NCBI GenBank assembly: GCA_016183365.1
Contig: JACPES010000005.1
Span: 5,895 to 69,894, forward strand
Direction: 5' to 3'
DNA: 64,000 bases
From: Candidatus Collierbacteria bacterium
Lineage (GTDB): Bacteria; Patescibacteriota; Microgenomatia; UBA1400; JACPES01
In this document: in pieces, positions 26,380-36,355 of the stretch
Position numbering within the stretch: position 1 is the stretch's first letter
How the letters are laid out: the number at the start of each line of letters is the position of its first letter
Notes under the pieces: generated by a model
Told to the model about the DNA's origin: nothing
What the model saw: only the letters and a program-made list of their open reading frames with translations
Database searches by the model: none
Translations under genes and position numbers: made by a program

Positions 26380-27510
26380 ATGATATTTAAGAGACTTGTT
26401 GCCAATCTGGTTCAAAAGGTTCTTTTCCAGGGAAAAATCATCGTCCTCTATGGTCCGCGGCGGGTGGGTAAGACTACTTTAGTTAAACAAATTATTGAAC
26501 AATATTCCGACCAAAGCCTTTATCTTAACTGCGATGAACCTGATGTTCGTCAATCCCTGACGGATAAAACCTCGACGGAACTAATAGGTCTGGCGGGAAC
26601 TAAGAAGTTAGTGGTAATCGACGAAGCCCAGAGAATACCCAATATTGGATTAACCCTAAAACTATTGGTGGATAATGCTCCGCAGATCCAGGTCATCGCT
26701 ACCGGTTCCGGTTCTTTCGATCTTTCAAATAAAATCAATGAACCGCTGACCGGCCGCGCCCATCAATTTCTACTTACTCCATTGTCCTTAGGAGAAATAT
26801 ACCCTGATTTGTTGACAGCCAATCGAATGCTCGAAACCCGACTGATTTATGGAGGATATCCGGAGGTAGTCATCCGGCCTGAACAAGCAAATACCTATTT
26901 GCGCGGCCTTTATCAAAACTATCTTTATAAGGACGCCTTGGAATATCAGCATCTGAAAAAACCGGAATTAGTGGACAAATTGCTAAGCGCTTTGGCCCTG
27001 CAAATAGGCGGAGAAGTCAGCCTAACGGAGTTGGGGGGACTTTTGGGCGTGGATAAGACGACGGTCGCCCGCTATATTTATTTACTGGAACAAGCTTTTG
27101 TAATTTTCCGCCTGCCGCCGTTATCGCGTAATTTACGCAAAGAAATTAATAAAACCAGAAAAATCTATTTTTGGGACACGGGGATCCGCAATGCCATCAT
27201 TAATAATTTTAATCCTTTATCTTTAAGAAATGACATCGGAGCTTTATGGGAAAATTTTGTCATCGTCGAAAGGTCCAAGAGAAACATGAATATTGGATCT
27301 TCTCCCAACTGCTACTTTTGGCGGACCTGGACTAAACAAGAAATTGATTATATCGAAGATTCCGGCGGCCAGTTAAAGGCATTTGAAATCAAGTGGCAGA
27401 AGCCCAAAAAAACGGCTCCGTCTTCTTGGAGACAAGCGTATTCCGCCGCCGGCTGGGAAACAATAACAAAGGAAAATTACTGGGATTTTTTGCTTACTCC
27501 AAAAACCTAA
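26380..27510 (+). CDS. AAA+ ATPase (AAA_14 + DUF4143 family, COG1373-like)
   Basis: Walker A YGPRRVGKTT and Walker B VVIDEAQ; C-terminal DUF4143-like region. Confidence 0.65.
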   Translation: MIFKRLVANLVQKVLFQGKIIVLYGPRRVGKTTLVKQIIEQYSDQSLYLNCDEPDVRQSLTDKTSTELIGLAGTKKLVVIDEAQRIPNIGLTLKLLVDNAPQIQVIATGSGSFDLSNKINEPLTGRAHQFLLTPLSLGEIYPDLLTANRMLETRLIYGGYPEVVIRPEQANTYLRGLYQNYLYKDALEYQHLKKPELVDKLLSALALQIGGEVSLTELGGLLGVDKTTVARYIYLLEQAFVIFRLPPLSRNLRKEINKTRKIYFWDTGIRNAIINNFNPLSLRNDIGALWENFVIVERSKRNMNIGSSPNCYFWRTWTKQEIDYIEDSGGQLKAFEIKWQKPKKTAPSSWRQAYSAAGWETITKENYWDFLLTPKT

Positions 27511-27860
27511 GCGTGGACAGGATTTGTTTAAACGTTTCAACCTCTTTCGAAGTGTGGTAATTTCCTGAAATAGTTATTTGATTCTCAAGAGTGAATTGAA
27601 ACCTATAGCGGACAATTTCCATTTTATCAGACCCGTCTCGATATTCATATACGCCCTTAATATTGGTTTCATAATTCTTGCCCAGTATTTTAACCTGCAC
27701 TTTCCCTGTCTCTTGACATTTGCTATTTGCACAAACTGATCCTCCAGCTGTTGAAAAAACCAGATCAGTCCCAATGAACAGAGTTGGCTTATCGTAGTCA
27801 TCAATCGAAAATTTCGATGGAAATATTCTTACCGAATACTCTCTGTAAGAGGGCAGGATT

Positions 27861-27900
27861 AATTTAATATCCAGCGACGATCGTCGCTGGATATTAAATT
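27861..27900. terminator. perfect 40-bp palindrome between convergent genes (probable bidirectional terminator)
   Basis: AATTTAATATCCAGCGACGA|TCGTCGCTGGATATTAAATT followed by ATTTTAAA. Confidence 0.55.
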
Positions 27901-28029
27901 ATTTTAAACACCAGTCAATTTATTATTCTCAAATTTTCCAGACTTCTATCATTTTATTTCATTCAGTCTCAACCTTCCATATCCAATCTACTCTCACTCA
28001 TAATGAAAACTTTTATTCTACAAGCCTAT

Positions 28030-29280
28030 TTACTTCTTCACTCCCAAATACTCCACTACTGTCCGGGCGTAGATTTTGGTGATGTCTTTTAAGCTCCCCA
28101 GATCAACATGTTCATTGGCTCCATGGGCGTTTTCGCCGTCCGGGCCGAACCCGGCTACGGTCGGAATCCCCCGGGTGACCAACATCCAGGCATCGTTCCA
28201 CGGTCCGGCGCCAGCGATTTTGGGTTTCCGGCCGGTAACTTCCAGCATATTTTTTAACAACACATCCACAATTTCTTCGTGCTTAGCTATTTCCACGCTC
28301 GGAACATAAACCAAATCTTCTATTTCATAAATGATGTCGGGACAATGAAGCTTGATAGCTTCTTCCATCCACATCTTGACCTGCTTATCGGAATTTCCCG
28401 GCATCAATCTGACATCGCCTTCGGCCACACACTTATCGGGAACTATATTTATGCTGGTGCCGCCGTTGATATTGGTCGGGAAAGTAAAAACCGGAATCCG
28501 GCCGGGAAAGGCCCGGGCCGGCCGATACGGCATCTCAATCGTCTGCAAAGCTATTATCACTCTAGCCATATCCAGAACCGCATTGCGGCCTTTTTCTTTT
28601 TTCTCCCAAGCCGAAAAACCGGTATGAACCGCTTCACCTGAAGTGGTTAAACGAAAGCGGTAACCCCCGCGGTGACCGATAGAGATTTTTCCCGTCCCCG
28701 GTTCGCCGATAATCGCGGCTTTGGCCGAAATTCCTTTTTTAACCAAATATCCTGTCCCATACTGGCTGGAAGCTCCGGGCTCTTCATCAACCACAAATTC
28801 TAAAATTAACCGGCCGTCAAGCTTAACTTTTTCTGCTACCAAAGCTTTCAAAACAAACATATAAGCCGATAAAGTCCCCTTCATATCTAAAGCTCCGACG
28901 CCATAAAGCCGGCCGTTTTCCACCTCACCGGCAAACGGTTTTCTCGTCCAGGTAGAGACTTGCTCCACCGTATCCATATGACCGTTCAATATTAGGGATT
29001 TCCTGAACCTATCCGGTCCAAAATTACAAACCACATTAGTCCGTTCCCGGCTTTCCCCAATCCGCTTAGGCGATAACCCCATATTTTTTATTTCGCTATA
29101 GATCAGTTTAGCCACTTTGGCTTCAACCGGAATATCTTTGGGCGATAAATCAGGAGTATATTGATTCGTTGATCTGGCTTTAACCAATTTCTGTAAAAGT
29201 TCTATCTGATCGGAGAAATTTTTTTCTATCCGCTTTTCTAACCGCTTGATTAAAGAAGAACTGGGAACCGTCTCTGACAT
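28030..29280 (-). CDS. M20 family metallopeptidase (ArgE/DapE-like)
   Basis: LNGHMDTV, GALDMKG, and E/H ligand spacing typical of M20 peptidases. Confidence 0.7.
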   Translation of the reverse strand: MSETVPSSSLIKRLEKRIEKNFSDQIELLQKLVKARSTNQYTPDLSPKDIPVEAKVAKLIYSEIKNMGLSPKRIGESRERTNVVCNFGPDRFRKSLILNGHMDTVEQVSTWTRKPFAGEVENGRLYGVGALDMKGTLSAYMFVLKALVAEKVKLDGRLILEFVVDEEPGASSQYGTGYLVKKGISAKAAIIGEPGTGKISIGHRGGYRFRLTTSGEAVHTGFSAWEKKEKGRNAVLDMARVIIALQTIEMPYRPARAFPGRIPVFTFPTNINGGTSINIVPDKCVAEGDVRLMPGNSDKQVKMWMEEAIKLHCPDIIYEIEDLVYVPSVEIAKHEEIVDVLLKNMLEVTGRKPKIAGAGPWNDAWMLVTRGIPTVAGFGPDGENAHGANEHVDLGSLKDITKIYARTVVEYLGVKK

Positions 29281-29322
29281 TAAAGTTCATTGTAACACAC
29301 ACAAATAAATACCGAAGATAAT

Positions 29323-29976
29323 TTATCTAAACAGGAATATGGCCAAGCCCCACCCGAAGTGGGAAACCACCGGAGCGATCAAATTCTTGAGCTTCTCTTG
29401 CAAAATCACATTCCCCGTGCCTAAGATAAATAGCATTGTCAGCTGAAAAATTACCGTTTGGGGGGCAAATTTATACCAAAAAATTAAAATCGGAGAGTGA
29501 ACTGCCGCAAACATCGCCGCGGTTAATAGCCGAGGCAGCCAAACACCTTTAATATCAGCCTTAATATGGCTAAAAATATACCCCGGAAACAGCCATTCTT
29601 CCCAAACGGAGGTTAATATGCCGATCAAAGTAAAGGCCAAAATCGAGCTTCCGGTTAACCCTTCCGGCTGAAGATTCCCAAAAGACAGAAAGCTGGAAAA
29701 GCCATAAATCACGACGTATCCTAACCCAAACACCAAACCCCATCCCAAGGCCTTTACCCAATCTCCGCTTCCCCAAACCTCCATAAAGTATTTCAGCCAA
29801 TTTTTAGGCTTTTCAATTAACATCGCTACGCCTACAAATACTATTGGTTTAAGGAAAGTTTCTTCGACTTCCTCCGGAAAGCGGAATACCAGCCTATATA
29901 TCCCCCATAAGACAAATACCACCGCGTAAACCTTAAAAGCGGAATGAAGTTTATTAAAACGCCTGAAGAAAAACAT
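29323..29976 (-). CDS. CPBP-family intramembrane metalloprotease (CAAX protease/Abi)
   Basis: TM protein with EEWLFPGY (EExxxR-like) and FAAVHS motifs. Confidence 0.6.
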   Translation of the reverse strand: MFFFRRFNKLHSAFKVYAVVFVLWGIYRLVFRFPEEVEETFLKPIVFVGVAMLIEKPKNWLKYFMEVWGSGDWVKALGWGLVFGLGYVVIYGFSSFLSFGNLQPEGLTGSSILAFTLIGILTSVWEEWLFPGYIFSHIKADIKGVWLPRLLTAAMFAAVHSPILIFWYKFAPQTVIFQLTMLFILGTGNVILQEKLKNLIAPVVSHFGWGLAIFLFR

Positions 29977-29988
29977 CTTAAAAGTAGC

Positions 29989-30534
29989 CTAGCACAAATT
30001 TTGAGTCCAGTTCAAGTGGCGTGAAATCAGATCAACTTCTTCTTCCGGCGTCATTACTGTCGAGTCCAAAACCAGTTGAAAATATCTGGGGTTAAGAAAG
30101 TCATGATGACCATAGAGATGAGACCATTTTTCTTGGTCCAGTTTTTCCCTGAGAATTAGGAGTTCTTTGGCTTTATCGATAGAATATCCCCGACTGACAG
30201 CGTACCGGCGGATCCGCTCTTCTACCGGGCAGGCAATTAGAATCCGAAGAGCATGACTGATATCGCGGCTTAAAAAACCGGCCAGTTTGGAGGTGACAAC
30301 GACGGAAGACAGAGATTTGAGGGTTGAGATAGTTTCGTTATCTACTTGAAGGTCGATTTCGTCGGCGTATTTTTGAGGATTTTTTTCCAGGTCAAAACCG
30401 GAATGCAGGGAGACATCACGGAAAATTTGACTGGCGTCGCGAAGCGGCCAACCGAGAGTTTGAGATAACTGCTTGACAAGAGTTGACGTCCCGGCTCCGA
30501 TCCTGCCGGAAACGGCGATATTCTTAAACTCCAT
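29989..30534 (-). CDS. archaeal-type cytidylate kinase-like P-loop kinase
   Basis: P-loop SGRIGAGTSTL at the N-terminus, ~180 aa, overall pattern of short archaeal Cmk/AAA kinases. Confidence 0.45.
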   Translation of the reverse strand: MEFKNIAVSGRIGAGTSTLVKQLSQTLGWPLRDASQIFRDVSLHSGFDLEKNPQKYADEIDLQVDNETISTLKSLSSVVVTSKLAGFLSRDISHALRILIACPVEERIRRYAVSRGYSIDKAKELLILREKLDQEKWSHLYGHHDFLNPRYFQLVLDSTVMTPEEEVDLISRHLNWTQNLC

Positions 30535-30576
30535 GGGTTATTTTAACACGCCGGTTGCCGGAAATGTTAAAATCTA

Positions 30577-31020
30577 ATGATTATGAAGTTGAATTTGGAG
30601 CAGAAGCGGAAAATCGTGGATTATTTTAGGCGGCGGCCGGAGGCGGCCGGGGTGTATCTTTACGGATCGCAGACCGGGAGCGGGGCGGGCCCCTTAAGCG
30701 ATGTAGATGTGGCGGTAATAATGTCCGGGGAAACGGCCAAAGACAAATATCTTGATTTTCAACTGGAATATATCAACGAAATCCAATCAATCCTCAAGGT
30801 TGATTTGACCGCCGACGTTAAAATTCTTAACGAAGATTACGCTTTAATTTATCAAGCGTCGGTAATTAACCAGGGCGAATTGATTGTCAATAATCGCCCC
30901 AAAGAAGTCGATCAGTTTGCCCATCGGGTAGGAATACTGTATCCTGATTTTTATCCTGTGCTGTCAAATTACTATTTTAAAATGTACCAACGCTTGGAAG
31001 AAGGGACCTATGCCTCTTGA
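30577..31020 (+). CDS. minimal nucleotidyltransferase (MNT antitoxin-like)
   Basis: GSQTGSGAGPLSDVDVAV matches the GS...DxD nucleotidyltransferase motif. Confidence 0.6.
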   Translation: MIMKLNLEQKRKIVDYFRRRPEAAGVYLYGSQTGSGAGPLSDVDVAVIMSGETAKDKYLDFQLEYINEIQSILKVDLTADVKILNEDYALIYQASVINQGELIVNNRPKEVDQFAHRVGILYPDFYPVLSNYYFKMYQRLEEGTYAS

Positions 31021-31432
31021 CAAAGACCAAATCAGTCAAAAATTAGCGCAGTTGGAAGAATATATTTCTAAAATTAGAAAATATGGTCAAAGCCCGGAAT
31101 CTGAATTCACGGCCGACTCGATGGTGGAAGCGGCGGCGGAAAGGGCAATTTATAAAGCGGCGCAGCAAGTGATTGATATCGCCCAGTCTATCAGCAGCAG
31201 TTTGAGGTTCGGCCCGCCGCGATTTTATCGGGATTTATTTATTCAGCTGGGAGAACGCGGAGTTATTTCTAAAGAACTGCAACCTAAACTTGAAGCGATG
31301 GCCGGGTTAAGAAATAAACTGGCTCATGAATATGCCGTGATTAATCCGAAAGAAATTTATCAAGTGGCAAAACAAGATTATCAAGACCTGGTTGAGTTTG
31401 CCAAACAGGTGGCATCTTACCTGCAAAAATAA
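31010..31432 (+). CDS. HEPN-domain protein (DUF86/HepT-like)
   Basis: R-x4-H motif LRNKLAHEY; overlaps and is co-oriented with the MNT gene. Confidence 0.6.
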   Translation: MPLDKDQISQKLAQLEEYISKIRKYGQSPESEFTADSMVEAAAERAIYKAAQQVIDIAQSISSSLRFGPPRFYRDLFIQLGERGVISKELQPKLEAMAGLRNKLAHEYAVINPKEIYQVAKQDYQDLVEFAKQVASYLQK

Positions 31433-31437
31433 ACTTC

Positions 31438-31932
31438 CTATATCCGGCAGGAGAGGACGGCGGCCATGGAGGCGGCTAATTGATTTAGGCGGGCGTTGGC
31501 TTCGGGGAGAGTCAAGAAATACCGGTGATGAGGAAAATAATGGAAGGCGAGATTGCGGCTTTGTTTCCAACATTGCCAGAGCTGATCGGACAAATGGGGG
31601 TCGGGGCAGGCGGCCACAATTTGGTCATAGACGTAACCATCATTCTTGAAGCGGGCCGGCAGACTGGGATTTAAGGCCTTGCCGATGCGGAAGTGATCGC
31701 TTTTATACTGATATTCGGTAATAAAGGCATTGGCAAAAAACCATTTCTTTAGGAATCCTTCGTAGGCCTTGGCCATAGGAAAGACGATAAACGAGAAATC
31801 ATGGATTTCTCTAATTTTCAATTTACAATTTTCAACTTTCAATGAGTCAAAAAGCAAATAAGAGAGATTGACCAGGTCGCGCATGCCTTCGTCGAGAAAT
31901 TGATACCAGGGTTGATGGTTAAAATCCGGCAT
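31438..31932 (-). CDS. hypothetical protein
   Basis: 164-aa ORF, no recognisable motif. Confidence 0.35.
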   Translation of the reverse strand: MPDFNHQPWYQFLDEGMRDLVNLSYLLFDSLKVENCKLKIREIHDFSFIVFPMAKAYEGFLKKWFFANAFITEYQYKSDHFRIGKALNPSLPARFKNDGYVYDQIVAACPDPHLSDQLWQCWKQSRNLAFHYFPHHRYFLTLPEANARLNQLAASMAAVLSCRI

Positions 31933-31941
31933 AGTACTATT

Positions 31942-33066
31942 TTATATATCATGCCAGCGCTGGTGGGAAGCGGCAATGCCAAGAGTTAGCCAGAAGATAA
32001 CTTCTGTGGCAATGGAAGTAATGTTGGTTTGGGAATAGAAAAGGTATAGGATCAGCGGCAGGAAAACGGCAGTACGGCGCGCCAGCCAAACTGCCCGACC
32101 AATGAGAAGAAGATAAATTGCCAATCCGATAACTCCGGTAGTCGTAAAAACTTCAAGGATGACGCCATGAGCTTTGTCCAGATAAATATCCGGCTGGAAC
32201 TTCATCGGCCAGGGATTAGCGTCAAAAGCATAGTCAACGTTAGCCCAGCCCCAGCCAAATAGCGGCCGCCGGAGCGCTCCATTTAAGACGCTGCGGATAA
32301 TTCTTTCCCGGCTTTCGGGGACAAACTGGCGACTCGGGTACGGCCGGGACCAGGCGGCTTGCCAAAAGTAAACAGCGGCAAATATCATCATGATTCCCAA
32401 CGCAGACACGATGGCTAATTGAATCTGTCGAGACATTTTTTTGACGGCCAGATAAGTGAAAAATATTATGATACCGAGAAGTCCGCCCCAAGATTTAGTT
32501 ATGGCGATAGCCGCAATCGGAAATATGACGGCAATTTTGGACCATCTGTTGCGAAGCATTTCCCAGACGAACGGCAGGGTTACCGTCAGGTAACCGGCAA
32601 GAAAGTTGGGCTGGCCGAAAGCAGTCCGGCCGAAAATAGCTAATATACCGGCTGCCAACGAACCGGTGGCAATGATTTGAAAAGTAAATTTTTGCCATGA
32701 TGATCGCCAAAATAGGGCGGTGAAAAGAAATAGTCCGATTAAATGAGCTAAAGTGAAAAGGCCGTCGCCGCGATAGTAATTCCCCCAGATGCTTTTGAGG
32801 AGATCGGCGCCTAAAATTGAGGCGACTACTGCCCAAAGAAAAAAAGCGATCACCAATCCTAGAAGTTTGCCGTCAATTTTAGAGTTAATAGCGGCCGGAT
32901 TTTTAGCCAATAGGTTGATTAGGGCTGCCAAACCCAGAAGTTCCAGCCAACGACTGATAAACCAGACGCGAGGGATTTCGTAAGGGATTTTCGCCCACGG
33001 CCAAAAAATAAAAGGAGAGGCGGCCAAACCAATGAATAAAACAAATTTGACTTTTTTGGGTTTCAT
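31942..33066 (-). CDS. O-antigen ligase/polymerase-like (Wzy_C) membrane protein
   Basis: About 10 TM helices with a large periplasmic loop pattern typical of WaaL/O-antigen ligase family proteins. Confidence 0.5.
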   Translation of the reverse strand: MKPKKVKFVLFIGLAASPFIFWPWAKIPYEIPRVWFISRWLELLGLAALINLLAKNPAAINSKIDGKLLGLVIAFFLWAVVASILGADLLKSIWGNYYRGDGLFTLAHLIGLFLFTALFWRSSWQKFTFQIIATGSLAAGILAIFGRTAFGQPNFLAGYLTVTLPFVWEMLRNRWSKIAVIFPIAAIAITKSWGGLLGIIIFFTYLAVKKMSRQIQLAIVSALGIMMIFAAVYFWQAAWSRPYPSRQFVPESRERIIRSVLNGALRRPLFGWGWANVDYAFDANPWPMKFQPDIYLDKAHGVILEVFTTTGVIGLAIYLLLIGRAVWLARRTAVFLPLILYLFYSQTNITSIATEVIFWLTLGIAASHQRWHDI

Positions 33067-33083
33067 ATGTATAATGCCGCCCT

Positions 33084-33671
33084 ATGACAAACGGTATGAA
33101 ATACTATAGCGTTTTGATAATGGCTTTGACAAGTTTAGCTATGCCCGGATGGTTTAAAAGATTGCGTTCCCAGCTTCCCCATTGGAACGCTATGAATAAT
33201 TCCCAAAAAGTGGCATTGATATCATTTGTTTCGCTATCACTGCTGCTACCGATTATTACATTGGCGACATTGGAAGGCACACGGCTGGCATCCCGGGCCG
33301 ATATGCCAGTAACTCCTCCGGTAACGCCGACCCCGACACCCACCCCTATTCCTAATCCACGACGTTGTCTTGCATCAAATTTTGATCTTCCTAATATTAT
33401 GAAAACTAATAATCGCTATGATGGATATTTCTATATAATCAATGGAACCGACGAAACTATCTGGTACAACATCGTATTTAAATCAAATTTAGGCTCCTTT
33501 GGTCCGATTAGCGCTCAAGTCATGGGATTACCACGAAAGAAAACTGCTGTTGGGTTTGCGATTTACAAGGTTGACTCTTCTAAAGCTCTTGGAACGATAA
33601 CTGCGACTACTACTGTTGAAGGAGATTCTACCCCCTGTGACAGTGAAGTACACAGAGTCAAGGTGAAATAA
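33084..33671 (+). CDS. secreted hypothetical protein with PT-rich linker
   Basis: Signal/TM at the N-terminus, then a PVTPPVTPTPTPTPIP linker and a beta-rich C-terminal domain. Confidence 0.4.
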   Translation: MTNGMKYYSVLIMALTSLAMPGWFKRLRSQLPHWNAMNNSQKVALISFVSLSLLLPIITLATLEGTRLASRADMPVTPPVTPTPTPTPIPNPRRCLASNFDLPNIMKTNNRYDGYFYIINGTDETIWYNIVFKSNLGSFGPISAQVMGLPRKKTAVGFAIYKVDSSKALGTITATTTVEGDSTPCDSEVHRVKVK

Positions 33672-33829
33672 ACTCACTGATAAATTCTTTTTTATTTATG
33701 ATAATTTCTTGAGGCGATTTGCTCTTCTATGTTATTCCAACCGCACTAATCCGTTTTCCTTCCGCTTGCTTATTAAATAATTCATAAAACCGCTAAATTT
33801 GTTTATATATTTTATATATAATATTCCAC

Positions 33830-36355
33830 ATGGCGAAGACAAAACCAAGGAAGAAGGTAGAAAGTAGAAGAAAGAATGATAAGAATAAATCACTATTATT
33901 GTGGCAAAAATTTAAAAAATTTGCCTTTACTTTTGAATTGACACCGGAGAATATCCGGAGATCGTGGACTCGAAAAGGGCTAAGGGCCAAGGGCCAAGGG
34001 CCAAGGGCCAAAACTCGCCGCCGATTTCTTATTTACTCATTAGTATTTATTAGTTTATTCGTAATTATTAGTATTTATTTATTACGGGATATTCCCTCTC
34101 CAACCAAACTCGCTTCCGGCAACTTTCCGGTTTCGACTCAAATTTTCGACCGCAACGGCCAACTGTTGTACGAAATTTACGCCGACCAGAACCGGACGCC
34201 GATTAAACTTAAGGATCTGCCGCCGTTTGTCTTGCAGGCGACGATTGCGATTGAGGACAAGAATTTTTACCGGCATTTTGGGATTGATATTTTTGGAGTC
34301 GCCCGGGCGGCGGTGAAAACCCTGACCGGACAGCGGCTGGAGGGCGGATCGACGATTACCCAGCAATTGGTCAAAATGACGCTGTTGACGCCGGAGCGAA
34401 GTTTGAGCCGGAAAATTCGGGAGGCGGCGCTGGCGGTAGCGACGGAAGTTTTATATTCTAAAGATCAAATATTGGAGATGTATTTGAACCACGCGCCTTA
34501 CGGCGGAACGGCTTATGGAATCGAGCAGGCAGCCAAAAGATATTTTGGCAAAAGCGCCAAGGATTTGAGTTTGCCGGAGGCAGCCCTTCTGGCAGGATTG
34601 CCGCAGGCGCCATCAGCGTATTCGCCATTCGGGTCGCGGCCGGAGAACGCCAAACAACGGCAAAAAGATGTGTTGCGGCGGATGAAAGAAGATAGATATA
34701 TCACTTCCCAGGAAGAGAGGGAAACGGAAGAGGCGGTTTTGGAATATTCTACTGCGAATATTCCGATTCGGGCGCCACATTTTGTGTTATGGATAAAGGA
34801 TTTATTGATTGAAAAATTCGGCCAAAAAACAGTAGAGGGTGGAGGATTAAGTGTGACAACAACGCTGGACTTGGCGATTCAAGAAATGGCTCAAGCCAGC
34901 GTGTCAGCCGAGGTAAAAAAACTAAAAAGTTTGCGGGTGGGCAACGGAGCGGCGTTGGTCACCAATCCGGGGACCGGAGAAATTTTAGCGATGGTGGGGT
35001 CAAAAGATTATTTTGATACGGAAAACGACGGCAATGTCAATGTGACAATTCGGCCGCGCCAACCGGGATCCTCCATTAAGCCCGTTATGTACGCTGGCGG
35101 TTTTTCGACCGGAAAACTTACTCCCTCCACTATGTTGATTGATGCGCCGACCTGTTTCAGAGTTCTCAACCAACCGGATTATTGTCCCCAAAATTATGAC
35201 GGTCAGTCCCATGGTCCGGTTCAAATCAGGTTTGCTCTGGGCAATTCTTACAATATTCCGGCGGTAAAATCCCTGGCATATATCGGCCTGGAGGATATGA
35301 TCGCGACGGCGTCGGCAATGGGAATCTCGACTTTTACCGATCCCTCCCGCTATGGTTTGTCGTTAACCTTGGGCGGCGGAGAAGTTACTATGTCCGATAT
35401 GGCCACGGCTTTTGGAACCCTGGCAAATAACGGGGTAAAAGTGCCGCTAAACCCGTTTTTGAAGATAGAAAATTATAGAGGAGAGGTTTTATACCAACGG
35501 ACTACGGAGGAACGACTAAATGATCTTCGGAACACTCAGAATACTCAGAAAGCCAGAGAATCAGACAATCAGAAATTCGGAGAATCAGAGTCTCTGGACT
35601 TCCGATCCTCAGATTCTCTGATAATCCGGTCCTCTGAGTTTTCCGAGTTTTCTGAAATCATCCAGGCTATTCCGGCAGAAGCAGCATACTTGGTCAGTCA
35701 TATTCTCCTGGACAATAACGCCCGGACCGCCGCATTTGGGCCGAGTTCGCAACTGGTAATACCGGGGCAAGTGGTTTCGGTAAAGACCGGAACTACCAAT
35801 GACCTTCGGGACAACTGGACTTTGGGGTACACCCCGGAACGGCTAGTGGCGGTATGGGTGGGAAATAATGATAATAAACCAATGAACCAAGCTCTGGTTT
35901 CTGGCATCACCGGGGCAGCGCCGATTTGGCACAACATCATGAGACAACTGCTATGGAGTCGAAGGCCTATTTGGCCGGAAAGACCGGAAGGGGTGGTCGG
36001 AAAAGATGTCTGCGTTCTGACCGGTCTCTTACCGACGCCAGGAAATTTATGCGATACTCGGCATGAATTTTTCTGGGATAAGTTCTTGCCCGCGAATAAT
36101 TATCCCCTCCAACGGGAGATCTGGATTCGCAAAGATACCGGGACGCCGATTGATCCCAATATTCCGCTGGACCAGCAAGGAGAGTTAGAATTGCAAAACC
36201 ATACGGTTATTTCCGACCCGCTGGTGCCGGAATTCTGTTTGGACTGCGCGTATCCGGTAATTCAGGAGTTAAATCCCGACGGATCGGTGAAAGAGGAGCG
36301 GATCAATTACCCCGGGTCGGTGATTAACACTACGTCATTGCGAGCCCCGCCGTAG
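33830..36355 (+). CDS. class A penicillin-binding protein (transglycosylase + transpeptidase)
   Basis: EDKNFYRHFGIDIFGVARA, GGSTITQQLVK (GT51); SIKP, SYN, KTGT transpeptidase motifs. Contains a ~135-bp in-frame repeat, and its stop codon lies inside a repeat. Confidence 0.85.
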   Translation: MAKTKPRKKVESRRKNDKNKSLLLWQKFKKFAFTFELTPENIRRSWTRKGLRAKGQGPRAKTRRRFLIYSLVFISLFVIISIYLLRDIPSPTKLASGNFPVSTQIFDRNGQLLYEIYADQNRTPIKLKDLPPFVLQATIAIEDKNFYRHFGIDIFGVARAAVKTLTGQRLEGGSTITQQLVKMTLLTPERSLSRKIREAALAVATEVLYSKDQILEMYLNHAPYGGTAYGIEQAAKRYFGKSAKDLSLPEAALLAGLPQAPSAYSPFGSRPENAKQRQKDVLRRMKEDRYITSQEERETEEAVLEYSTANIPIRAPHFVLWIKDLLIEKFGQKTVEGGGLSVTTTLDLAIQEMAQASVSAEVKKLKSLRVGNGAALVTNPGTGEILAMVGSKDYFDTENDGNVNVTIRPRQPGSSIKPVMYAGGFSTGKLTPSTMLIDAPTCFRVLNQPDYCPQNYDGQSHGPVQIRFALGNSYNIPAVKSLAYIGLEDMIATASAMGISTFTDPSRYGLSLTLGGGEVTMSDMATAFGTLANNGVKVPLNPFLKIENYRGEVLYQRTTEERLNDLRNTQNTQKARESDNQKFGESESLDFRSSDSLIIRSSEFSEFSEIIQAIPAEAAYLVSHILLDNNARTAAFGPSSQLVIPGQVVSVKTGTTNDLRDNWTLGYTPERLVAVWVGNNDNKPMNQALVSGITGAAPIWHNIMRQLLWSRRPIWPERPEGVVGKDVCVLTGLLPTPGNLCDTRHEFFWDKFLPANNYPLQREIWIRKDTGTPIDPNIPLDQQGELELQNHTVISDPLVPEFCLDCAYPVIQELNPDGSVKEERINYPGSVINTTSLRAPP
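35526..35662. repeat. palindromic TIR element in-frame within PBP gene 1
   Basis: GGAACACTCAGAATACTCAGAAAG...GAGTTTTCCGAGTTTTCTGAA; translated as RNTQNTQKARESDNQKFGESESLDFRSSDSLIIRSSEFSEFSE. Confidence 0.8.
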
